Shown: piece after piece, positions 18,365 through 26,853 of the stretch
How positions within the stretch are numbered: position 1 is the first letter of the stretch
Layout: each line of letters starts with the position of its first letter
Assembly: GCA_964528515.1 (NCBI GenBank)
Contig: CAZGTE010000001.1
Span: forward strand, 8,921-44,523
Source: an uncultured Candidatus Saccharibacteria bacterium
GTDB taxonomy: Bacteria; Patescibacteriota; Minisyncoccia; Phycocordibacterales; UBA2100
DNA length: 35,603 bases
Direction: 5' to 3'
The notes under the pieces: generated by a model
Seen by the model: only the letters and a program-made list of their open reading frames with translations
Told to the model about the DNA's origin: nothing
The model's database searches: none
Made by a program: the position numbers and the translations under genes

Positions 18365-18730
18365 CTATGTTTTTACTGCGTTTTTATATACATTAAATAA
18401 ATGTGATTTGAAGCTATTATCTGTAAGTACACCATTATTTTCTAATTTATACCCACCCACAATTGACTCATCTATCACTATATTTATATCCTTATCTGCA
18501 TCACTATCTTTAATAGCATTTGCCCTGTCTGATTCTCTAGCTATTGTGAGAGTTGGTTTTTTCATATATTCTTTTTTCTCAAGTATCTGATATTCTTTCA
18601 GAATTTTTGGTAGTATTTTTATAGCTCCTCTTTTTTTTAAAGACTTCATTGTACCCTTAATAACATCTTCTGCTGTTTTGCCAGATGATATTAATTCAAA
18701 CATTGCTTGGGCGTGCACTTTAGGATTCAT
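18365..18730 (-). CDS. atpH: F1 ATP synthase delta (OSCP) subunit, short form
   Basis: Operon position. C-terminal [26 protein letters not shown] matches the delta signature. Only 121 aa. Confidence 0.75.
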   Translation of the reverse strand: MNPKVHAQAMFELISSGKTAEDVIKGTMKSLKKRGAIKILPKILKEYQILEKKEYMKKPTLTIARESDRANAIKDSDADKDINIVIDESIVGGYKLENNGVLTDNSFKSHLFNVYKNAVKT

Positions 18731-18735
18731 GTCTA

Positions 18736-19182
18736 TTATAATTTTTTATTTAATAGTCTTTCTGTACCTAATATGGCTACTCGAGCTATTTGCTCATTAC
18801 TGCCATCAAGTGCCTTTTTAGCTTCTGCCTCGGCTCTTGCCTTAGCATCTGCTTCTATACGACTAGCGCGACTTTGAGCTGTCTCGACTATTTCATTGCC
18901 TCTAATTATAGCACTATCTTTTGCTGTTAAGATTATTCCCTCTGCATCGCCTACTGCCTTACCAATTATGTCTCTAGATTCCTCATCTGCATTCTCCAGA
19001 GATTTCTTAGCATCTGCAGCATCTTTTATTCCTTGCTCTATCTTTTTACGACGCTCATCTAATATCTTTAATATAGGGTTATACAAAAAATAACTAAGAG
19101 CGGCAATTAAAACTACGAAGTTAATCGCTTGTATTAGCAAGAGTCTCCAGTCTACTCCAAATAAATTAAGTAACTCCGCCAT
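18736..19182 (-). CDS. atpF: Fo ATP synthase b subunit
   Basis: A single N-terminal TM followed by a long charged helix. Operon position fits. Confidence 0.85.
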   Translation of the reverse strand: MAELLNLFGVDWRLLLIQAINFVVLIAALSYFLYNPILKILDERRKKIEQGIKDAADAKKSLENADEESRDIIGKAVGDAEGIILTAKDSAIIRGNEIVETAQSRASRIEADAKARAEAEAKKALDGSNEQIARVAILGTERLLNKKL

Positions 19183-19186
19183 ATAC

Positions 19187-19414
19187 TTATAGTCCCATAA
19201 TTACAAATGCCACAACGATTGCAAGGATACCTAGTGCCTCTGCAAAGGCAATAGCGATAATCATACTTGATGAAATCTTACCACTTGCCTCAGGATTACG
19301 CCCTATAGCCTCCATTGCCTTACCACCAATAATTGAAATACTTATAGCTGCTCCTATAACTCCAAGACCAGCTGCTAATGCCATACTAAATGCTTTTGCT
19401 ACTTCTAATTCCAT
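19187..19414 (-). CDS. atpE: Fo ATP synthase c subunit
   Basis: 75-aa helical hairpin with polar loop GRNPE and carboxylate in AFAEALGI. E is followed by Ala, suggesting the proton type. Confidence 0.93.
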   Translation of the reverse strand: MELEVAKAFSMALAAGLGVIGAAISISIIGGKAMEAIGRNPEASGKISSSMIIAIAFAEALGILAIVVAFVIMGL

Positions 19415-19512
19415 ATTTTTTTATTTACTAATAATTAATAATTCTACGACTAGGTTTTATTACAAAACCAAATAAGCCAACTTACAACTAGGTAACCCTA
19501 GAGATAAACAAG

Positions 19513-20304
19513 CTAATGTGGTTTGGCAATGGCCAACTTAATAAAGAACAATGTCAATATAGCAAATATACCTGCTTGAACTATACCTATAAATAGCTTA
19601 AAGCTTATTACAGCACTAGGGAGTATATACGGTACGAAAAATATTACAACAGCAATAAGTATCTTACCCGCTATTATATTACCGAATAAACGAAATGAGA
19701 ATGATACAATTCGTACTGCATTACTTGCTAATTCAATAATTCCAACAAAAAATTTGATAGGGGAACTGAAATTAATAAACTTACTTCCATAAGTGCGGAA
19801 TCCTAACTTTCTTATTCCTGTAAACTCAATAGTTGCAACTGCCATAATAGCAAGTGCTAGAGTAACATTTAAATCAGTATTAACACTACGGAAAAATGGT
19901 ATCAATTTATCATCTTGCCATATTCCAATAGAGCCTATTCCTGGTGTAAACTCAAGTATATTTGAAGCTGCAATAAACAGAAAGAGTGTCAAAATAAATG
20001 GCAAAATAGCACGAGCAACTTTTGCATCTTCTAAAGTGTCTTTAATAAACTTATAGATAAAACCTATCATGCTCTCAAATATACTCTGGACCTTACCTGG
20101 GACCATTTTTATTGAACGCCCAACAAAAAAAGAAAGAGTTATTAATACTAAGATTACTGCCCAACTTGTTAGTAGAGTATTGGTTATAGGTAGTCCGTAA
20201 AATGTACCTAAGTTCTCTGCTATAAGCGATGTAATATATATACCCTTCTCACTTGTAGCTTCAGTACTGGCAACAGTTATGGAATTATCTAACATCATAA
20301 TCAC
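19513..20304 (-). CDS. atpB: Fo ATP synthase a subunit
   Basis: Multi-TM protein with the essential Arg in SFSFRLFGNIIAG. The track start is GTG 20304; ATG 20298 fits the promoter geometry better. Confidence 0.9.
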   Translation of the reverse strand: MIMMLDNSITVASTEATSEKGIYITSLIAENLGTFYGLPITNTLLTSWAVILVLITLSFFVGRSIKMVPGKVQSIFESMIGFIYKFIKDTLEDAKVARAILPFILTLFLFIAASNILEFTPGIGSIGIWQDDKLIPFFRSVNTDLNVTLALAIMAVATIEFTGIRKLGFRTYGSKFINFSSPIKFFVGIIELASNAVRIVSFSFRLFGNIIAGKILIAVVIFFVPYILPSAVISFKLFIGIVQAGIFAILTLFFIKLAIAKPH

Positions 20305-20308
20305 AAAG

Positions 20309-20337
20309 ATTGTAGCACTAGGCTTAATCTAATGCAA
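20309..20337 (-). promoter_or_regulatory. atp operon promoter: -35 TTGCAT, 17-nt spacer, -10 TACAAT
   Basis: TTGCAT at 20332-20337 and TACAAT at 20309-20314 on the minus strand. The hexamer is 4 nt from GTG 20304 and 10 nt from ATG 20298, giving a very short or absent leader. Confidence 0.6.
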
Positions 20338-20376
20338 GAATATGCACTATATCATCTTATATTTTTATAATTCAGG

Positions 20377-21070
20377 TTACGGTCTATTCTTTAATAAACT
20401 GGATGCTCTTTTTACATCTTCTACATCTGTAACTTGGTGCCACCATAGTGACTCCACTACCTTTACATCATGATCTTGTGCCATCTTTACTAAAGTTTGT
20501 GGGAGGCCGTACTCCTTGCCATCCTTTATTGCTACAGGAGCATAGTTAAAGTACTCTTTGCCTATGACATATAGTGCGGCATTTATATACCCACTTTTGT
20601 GATTTCCCTCTATTATTGCCTTTAGGTTGCCATCTTTATCAAAATCCATCTGACCCCCACTAAACTTTGATCGTATCTTTTTAATTAAAACAGAGCTCTC
20701 GCTTAGTGCAATACACTTATCCATATCAGCCTTACAATACAAGTCATCACCCATCATCACTAAAAAGCGATTTGATATGTTTATGGACCAGACTTATGGC
20801 ATGTCCGGTACCAAGCGGTTTCTTCTGGTCTACATATATAACCTTACGCCCATTAAACTCATCACCAAAGTAGTTAATTATCTGCTCTTTAAGATACCCA
20901 ACTACAAATATCAGCTCTGTCACCTCCTCAGGTAACAAATCTATATTATGCTCAACTAGGCTTTTGCGTACTCCTCCCTTGCCATTTACTCTCACTAGAG
21001 GCTTTGGCACATGTCGTGTAAGAGGATACATGCGCGTACCCTCACCTGCTGCTAATATAATTGCTTGCAT
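20377..21070 (-). pseudogene. Sugar-phosphate nucleotidyltransferase split by a 1-nt frameshift
   Basis: The N-terminal ORF (MQAIILAAGEGTRMYPLT...GTGHAI) and C-terminal ORF overlap at 20747-20760. The second frame reads NRFLVMMGDDLY across the junction, which continues the family motif. Confidence 0.7.
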
Positions 21071-21082
21071 ATATCTATAATA

Positions 21083-22120
21083 CTAGACTTTCTTAGTATT
21101 TTCAAATAATACTCGTGCCTCATCCGCCTTAATTACGAATGTGTTCTCCTCAGATATACCAATTATACTAAGACTCTCCAAAATTTTAGAACGCAAATAT
21201 GTGTTGCCATAGCCAATGCCTCCAGATATTATCAATGCATCACAACCTTGAATGGTACCATAATAAGCAAAAATCTGCTTCACTATCTTACTCACAAATA
21301 TGTCAAAGGCCAACTTCTCTGGCTCTTGCCTCTTACTCGCCCTATCTATTATATCAAGTGTGTTCTTGCTTCCTGTCATACCATAGAATCCTGATTCATT
21401 ATTTAGCATATCAATTACTTTCTTTATGGACCAGCCCTTTGACTCACTTATATACTCTACAACCCCTGGTCCAATGCTTCCACTTCGAGTTATCATCATT
21501 AATCCCTCAAGAGGAGTTAGCCCCATAGTAGTATCGACACTCTTACCATCTTTTACAGCTGTGATAGAGCACCCACCTCCTAGATGCGCACAAATTACTC
21601 TCTCTGGTAATCTTCCTAATTTAATCTTAAGTTGCCTTAGTACTGATTGCACAGCAAGCCCATGAAAGCCGTAACGCTTAATATCTAGATCCTGAGTTAG
21701 AGATGCAGATATTGGATATGTACTAGCTACCTTCGACATAGTTTTATGGAAATCGCTATCAAAACTAACTATAATCTTACTATTGGGTATAACCTCTCTT
21801 AAGAGATTTATTGTACTTAGGGCTAGATTATTATGTATTGGTGCGAATCTAGCAAATCTCTTTATTTGCATCTTTATGTCAATATCTAGTTCTAGTGGAC
21901 CGTGCATATCACCACCATGCACTATTCTGATGCTTATTTTTTCTATACTATTTTCATCTTTATTCAGGCTCTCTAGCCACGACCTCTCCTTATTCTTGTC
22001 CTCTATCTTTATGTCTTCTTTCTTGTCAAATACCCTTTGTTCTAGAACATTTCCAATATTATCAAAAAGGACATACTTAACCGCTGTAGAGCCTGGATTT
22101 ACTGTTAGTATATTAGTCAT
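21083..22120 (-). CDS. ackA: Acetate/propionate kinase family protein (compact, 345 aa)
   Basis: NPGSTAVKY, IRIVHGG, SFDSDFH, RYGFHGLA, HLGGGCSITAVKDGKSVDTTMGLTPLEGLMMITRSG. Lies downstream of xfp. Confidence 0.85.
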   Translation of the reverse strand: MTNILTVNPGSTAVKYVLFDNIGNVLEQRVFDKKEDIKIEDKNKERSWLESLNKDENSIEKISIRIVHGGDMHGPLELDIDIKMQIKRFARFAPIHNNLALSTINLLREVIPNSKIIVSFDSDFHKTMSKVASTYPISASLTQDLDIKRYGFHGLAVQSVLRQLKIKLGRLPERVICAHLGGGCSITAVKDGKSVDTTMGLTPLEGLMMITRSGSIGPGVVEYISESKGWSIKKVIDMLNNESGFYGMTGSKNTLDIIDRASKRQEPEKLAFDIFVSKIVKQIFAYYGTIQGCDALIISGGIGYGNTYLRSKILESLSIIGISEENTFVIKADEARVLFENTKKV

Positions 22121-22126
22121 TTTATC

Positions 22127-24502
22127 TTACCAATTCTTAATCTCTGGCGGATCTACTTTATGTTCTTTTATATATTCTTTCTCCCACTTTAGCTTTTCGT
22201 CCATCTCTATATGGACTTCTGTTTTTTGTTCCTCAGTAATTGCACCTACTTTTGTGGCTTGTGTTGCAATATCTTTAACAAGATGGAAGCGTGATAATCC
22301 ATTACGAGCTACCATATCAAATGGACTTGTAGTGCTACCATCTTCCTCGTAACCATTTATAATAATTCTATTTGAGAGATCATAATCAAATAATAACTTC
22401 TTAATAGTTGCAGTATATCCATGGAAGTTAAATACTATTGGCTTGTCTGAGGTAAGATAATTATCATATATATCTGATTTACGATTACTTATTACATTCT
22501 CGTCAAACATATCTAACTTGAAGAAATTTACAAATCTAATTTTCACATTTGGGAACTTCTGCCGAAATAGGGTTACGCCAATTACAGCTTCTTCTGTTAT
22601 ATAATCTCCACATGTTGCCACCACCACATCTGGCTCTCCAGGATTAGATAAGAAGTCCCATACCATTGCTCCGTCTTCAGCTTGCTTACTAGCCTCGTCT
22701 ATTGTAAGCCAACTCCTGTGCATCTTCTTGCCACTTACAATTACATTAACAGAATCATTAGAGGTGAGTGCTAGCTCCATAGACTCTAGCATTAGATTCT
22801 TATCTGCGGGGAAATACATATTTACAATATCACTACTGTGATTAAGTAACCCAGCTATAAATGACGGATTCTGATGAGAGAAGCCATTATGGTCCTGTCT
22901 CTCTAGTAATGAGCTCAGTATTATATTAACTGGCGGAAGTGATTCTCTGAAGCTAACATCACGAGCGACTGATACAAATTTAATATATTGATCTGCCATA
23001 CTTGCAACTATAGGTGCAAATGCCTCATAAGTGACGAAGAAGCTATATCTACCAGTAAGTGCGTACCCTAATGACATACCAAAGAGTGCGTGCTCACTTA
23101 GAAGCTCTATAACCCTACCGTCTTGCCTTAGATCCTTGTCCCATTCTTGTATTGGCCATTGCCAAGAGCGTGCAGTCTGTGAGAATACTGCCTCAAGATG
23201 ATTAGAATATGTCTCATCGGGGCTAAAGAGCCTGAAATTAGCATTCTCTTTGTTCTTTGAGAATATGTCTGCCATATATTTACCTGCCACTCTCATAGCA
23301 TCATCCTCGCCTATCTCACCTCTTTCCTTCAGTTTTATATTATATGCTCCGTCTTCTGGTAGATTCAAGTCTCCTCTATGCTTACCATGTGCATATTTAC
23401 TCTGACCTATACACTTGTCTCCTTTGGGTATATTTACCTTAATGTCTTCATCAAGTACCAACTCCCCTTCACTGCCAGTACTTATTAAGTCTTTTACATT
23501 GTAACTCCTGAGCCACTTTTCTAATTGCTTTAATTGTAATTTGCTACTGTCAGAATCCCCTTTAAGATTATTAAATACAACTTGATGAGATGCATAATTA
23601 CCTGAAATCTTTATACCGTCTACGGCAGTGGGTGCACCCATACCTTTAGGAGTTTTTAATATTATTACTGGCCAACGCGGAGCTACGAGTCCGTGTTCAG
23701 TTTTAGACTGGGCTTTAAGGGTCTGTATCATTTGCATTGCAGTATCAAATATAACTATGCTCTGCTGAGATATGTCTACTTTAGTACCATCTATCTCTTT
23801 ATCATAATCAATAAATAGCGGAGTATATCCATGAGCTCTGAAGAAGTCTGAAATCTCGTCATCACTCATCCTGCCAAATATTGTTGGTCCAGATATCTTA
23901 TATCCATTAAGATGTAAGACTGGTAATACCACACCGTCACTATTAGGATTTATAAATCTATTAAGACTCCAGCTTGCTGCAAGTGGGCCTGTCTCTGCCT
24001 CTCCATCGCCTATTAGACATACATTAATAAGCTTTGGATTGTCTAGTACGCTACCTGCAGCAATAGACAAAGAGTATCCAAGCTCTCCCCCTTCAAGGAT
24101 TACTCCTGGCGCCTCTGGATTAAGATGTGATGGATATCCATATGGGGTAGAGAAGTTCTTTATAATTTCATTAAGTCCATTAATGCTGTATGGTATATTC
24201 TCTCTATTTACTGCTGTCAGTGATCCTTCTATAAAGAGATTAGCCTGAAATGCAGGAAATCCGTGCCCAGGCCCAACAGTGTATAAAAAGTCCTTCTCCT
24301 CGTGCTTATTAATAAGCCTATTAATATTAGCATACACCAAGTTAATACCAGGACATGTACCCCAATGCCCAAGTAGTCTATCTTTAATATCCTCCTTCAC
24401 AAGAGGTCTATCTAGTAAGAAGTTGTCTTTAAGAAAGATTTGTGCGACTGATATGTAGTCAGCAAGACGAACCTGTTTTTTAATAGAATCTATATCCTTC
24501 AT
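22127..24502 (-). CDS. xfp: Xylulose-5-P/fructose-6-P phosphoketolase
   Basis: LLGHWGTCPG signature. ThDP-binding IGDGEAETGPLA. 791 aa, full length. Confidence 0.95.
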   Translation of the reverse strand: MKDIDSIKKQVRLADYISVAQIFLKDNFLLDRPLVKEDIKDRLLGHWGTCPGINLVYANINRLINKHEEKDFLYTVGPGHGFPAFQANLFIEGSLTAVNRENIPYSINGLNEIIKNFSTPYGYPSHLNPEAPGVILEGGELGYSLSIAAGSVLDNPKLINVCLIGDGEAETGPLAASWSLNRFINPNSDGVVLPVLHLNGYKISGPTIFGRMSDDEISDFFRAHGYTPLFIDYDKEIDGTKVDISQQSIVIFDTAMQMIQTLKAQSKTEHGLVAPRWPVIILKTPKGMGAPTAVDGIKISGNYASHQVVFNNLKGDSDSSKLQLKQLEKWLRSYNVKDLISTGSEGELVLDEDIKVNIPKGDKCIGQSKYAHGKHRGDLNLPEDGAYNIKLKERGEIGEDDAMRVAGKYMADIFSKNKENANFRLFSPDETYSNHLEAVFSQTARSWQWPIQEWDKDLRQDGRVIELLSEHALFGMSLGYALTGRYSFFVTYEAFAPIVASMADQYIKFVSVARDVSFRESLPPVNIILSSLLERQDHNGFSHQNPSFIAGLLNHSSDIVNMYFPADKNLMLESMELALTSNDSVNVIVSGKKMHRSWLTIDEASKQAEDGAMVWDFLSNPGEPDVVVATCGDYITEEAVIGVTLFRQKFPNVKIRFVNFFKLDMFDENVISNRKSDIYDNYLTSDKPIVFNFHGYTATIKKLLFDYDLSNRIIINGYEEDGSTTSPFDMVARNGLSRFHLVKDIATQATKVGAITEEQKTEVHIEMDEKLKWEKEYIKEHKVDPPEIKNW

Positions 24503-24567
24503 TATGTACTTAAATTACGATTAAAGAATAAGGATACAAGTATTACTAAAGTAAAAAAACTCTTCAT
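24502..24567 (-). CDS. Candidate 21-codon hydrophobic uORF (MKSFFTLVILVSLFFNRNLST) coupled to xfp
   Basis: The ATG at 24565-24567 lies 7 nt after the TGGTATTAT extended -10. The stop TAA (24502-24504) overlaps the xfp ATG as TAATG. Hand-translated; below the ORF-track length cut-off. Confidence 0.4.
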   Translation of the reverse strand: MKSFFTLVILVSLFFNRNLST

Positions 24568-24574
24568 ATTTAAT

Positions 24575-24583
24575 ATAATACCA
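24575..24583 (-). promoter_or_regulatory. Extended -10 promoter TGGTATTAT (xfp operon)
   Basis: TGnTATTAT on the minus strand in the 118-nt ftsW-xfp spacer. Confidence 0.5.
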
Positions 24584-24620
24584 TATTGTGACCATTGCTA
24601 TTATATAGTTATTCACAATA

Positions 24621-25733
24621 CTATCTCCTATACCTAGAGACATTAAGAACAATACCAAAACTTGCCAGAGTAACAGCAAGAGCTGTACCGCCATGACTTA
24701 CAAATATTAATGGCATACCAGAGAGTGGAACAACTCCTAGCATGGAGGCTATATTGAATAATGATTGTACAATTACAAGAGTTGCTATACCTACTACCAA
24801 TAATGCGCCGAACATATCAGGAGCTCTAATAGCGATATAAAACATTCTGAGCAATAATGCAAGGAATACAGCAAGTAGCAGTACTGACCCAGTGAATCCA
24901 AATTCCTCAGCGTACACTGCGAATATTGAGTCTCCTATTGGCTCAGGTAAATAATTAAACTTCTGTACACTCTGACCAAATCCTCTACCAAAGGCACCTC
25001 CAGATCCTACAGCAATAAGAGACTGTCTAATCTGAAATCCAGAACCTTGTATATCTGCTGTCGGATCTATAAATGTAGTAAGACGGTCAAATACATACGG
25101 TCTAGCAAATGCTAACATTGTAAGAGCAACAATGCCTAATAGTATCATTATTGCTACATCTCTCCATTTAAGTCCTGATACGAAGAACATTGTAGAAATA
25201 GCTAATACAATGACTACCAAACTACCTGTATCTGGTTGCATCAAGAGAGGTATTGCAATAACTGATATTATTGCCACTAGAGCAACAATGCCAAAAAAGC
25301 TATGGGTATGCACCTTGCGTGCATACTTTGCCAAGAAATGAGCAGAGAATAATACTACTCCAATCTTAAGTAATTCAACTGGCTGGAATGTAATAGGTCC
25401 AAAATTAATCCACCTAGAGGCACCGCCATGAGTCATACCAATACCGGGTATGAATACTAGGAACACAGCAACAACTGACAGTCCGAATAAATATGGAGCA
25501 TACTTGCGCCAATTTCTATACTGTATTCTACTAGTTATAAAAGCGGTTACTGAACCAAGAACTATACCTAAGAAAAACTGATTAAATGCTATATCTACAA
25601 ATGATGGTCCATCTCTTGCCAGTAGCCCTAAAGATGCTGATAAGAATATAAAAAAACCTCCTGTAATTAATATTACAAGCAATACTAATAATACATTGTC
25701 AGGCTTCTTTAGTCTCTTAAACTTTGCACTCAT
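24621..25733 (-). CDS. ftsW: SEDS-family peptidoglycan polymerase (FtsW/RodA)
   Basis: About 10 TM segments. Conserved QPVELLK-like (FQPVELLKI), LQPDTG-like (MQPDTGS) and PLIFVSHGG motifs. Adjacent to mraY. Confidence 0.9.
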   Translation of the reverse strand: MSAKFKRLKKPDNVLLVLLVILITGGFFIFLSASLGLLARDGPSFVDIAFNQFFLGIVLGSVTAFITSRIQYRNWRKYAPYLFGLSVVAVFLVFIPGIGMTHGGASRWINFGPITFQPVELLKIGVVLFSAHFLAKYARKVHTHSFFGIVALVAIISVIAIPLLMQPDTGSLVVIVLAISTMFFVSGLKWRDVAIMILLGIVALTMLAFARPYVFDRLTTFIDPTADIQGSGFQIRQSLIAVGSGGAFGRGFGQSVQKFNYLPEPIGDSIFAVYAEEFGFTGSVLLLAVFLALLLRMFYIAIRAPDMFGALLVVGIATLVIVQSLFNIASMLGVVPLSGMPLIFVSHGGTALAVTLASFGIVLNVSRYRR

Positions 25734-25739
25734 TTATAT

Positions 25740-25748
25740 ATAGTAACA
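25740..25748 (-). promoter_or_regulatory. Extended -10-like element TGTTACTAT, 6 nt before ftsW ATG
   Basis: Minus strand TGTTACTAT, then ATATAA, then ATG (25733). Confidence 0.4.
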
Positions 25749-25768
25749 CATATGATGCGTGTAGAGAT

Positions 25769-26836
25769 TTATCCTGCAATAGCTACTATTACTCCTATGA
25801 ATACAAATATAATACTCAATATCCAGTACCTCATAGTAACCTTAGCTGAGCTCCAGCCAATAGCCTCAAAATGGTGATGTAATGGGGCAACCCTGAAGAC
25901 CTTCTTGCCACGATACTTCTTAGATAAGATTTGTATTATATTTGATGCTACTGTAGCAACTAATAAGAAGCCGATAATTGGTAATACACTAATGCCTATT
26001 CCTCCTCCCATAGAGTCTGTCATAAATACGACTGTGCTGAGAGTGAGGGTCAGTGCCATCGTACCAGTCTCAGTCATATAGAATCTAGCAGGTGGTACAT
26101 TAAACCATAAGAATGCTAATATTGCCCCAACAATCATAGCGCAGAATGCTGCTAGATTAATCTGACCTTGCGAAAAGGCAATTATTGAATACCCAGCAAA
26201 TATACTTGCAAATACTCCTCCCGACAGACCGTCTATACCATCTATTACACCACTTGCATAGATTGACACAGTCATAATCATAAACAGTGGAATAATCCAT
26301 ATACCAATATACAACATACCATCAAATGGGATTCCAATACTTGTGACATCAAGCTTGTCGTAGAACCACCAACCAATAAACATAGACATTGTAAGTACGA
26401 AGGCCAATCTCCTCTTAAGAGACATACCCTTTCCACTATATCTAACATCTAATAGGTCATTTGCAAAGCCTACAAGCGCTCCAAGGATCAGAGTAATAAA
26501 AGGTATCCAAGTCTGATCTCGTGAGAGGAAGTCTAATTTAGCAGTGGTTTCATTAGGTATAAATTGAGCTAAAAGAGTTATAAATAGTACAGTGAGTAGT
26601 GCACTACCCCATATGACTATACCTCCCATTCGAGGTGTATTTAATTCCTCTTGTGCATGTAGTTTATTAAATTCAGTTGCCTCAGTGCCGTCTAGTGCCT
26701 TCTTGCCCTCATCGCCCACTTGCTTCCATATCTTATGTTTATATAAGAAATGCGTTACAAGAGGAGTAATAGCAATACCAATACCAAATGCCAACGCCGC
26801 TGGTAATATCACCTTTACTATATCTACTATTTCCAT
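25769..26836 (-). CDS. mraY: Phospho-N-acetylmuramoyl-pentapeptide transferase MraY
   Basis: Polytopic membrane protein with ANDLLDV-type (NxxD) and VIDGIDGLSGG motifs plus the HHH motif (APLHHHFE). Confidence 0.93.
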   Translation of the reverse strand: MEIVDIVKVILPAALAFGIGIAITPLVTHFLYKHKIWKQVGDEGKKALDGTEATEFNKLHAQEELNTPRMGGIVIWGSALLTVLFITLLAQFIPNETTAKLDFLSRDQTWIPFITLILGALVGFANDLLDVRYSGKGMSLKRRLAFVLTMSMFIGWWFYDKLDVTSIGIPFDGMLYIGIWIIPLFMIMTVSIYASGVIDGIDGLSGGVFASIFAGYSIIAFSQGQINLAAFCAMIVGAILAFLWFNVPPARFYMTETGTMALTLTLSTVVFMTDSMGGGIGISVLPIIGFLLVATVASNIIQILSKKYRGKKVFRVAPLHHHFEAIGWSSAKVTMRYWILSIIFVFIGVIVAIAG

Positions 26837-26844
26837 ATTTATAT

Positions 26845-26853
26845 ATTATATCA
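26845..26853 (-). promoter_or_regulatory. Extended -10 element TGATATAAT, 8 nt before mraY ATG
   Basis: Exact TGnTATAAT overlapping the stop codon of the upstream carboxypeptidase gene. Confidence 0.4.

Noticed and set aside
21783-22352. 189-aa plus-strand ORF antisense to ackA/xfp, with similar long antisense ORFs at 26592-27167, 8020-8421, 8569-8919, 30374-30790 and 123-458
   Set aside because: All lie entirely inside well-supported conserved genes on the other strand. Their Ser/Leu/Ile/Cys/Phe-rich composition is typical of shadow frames of Lys/Glu-rich genes. No promoter geometry supports them.
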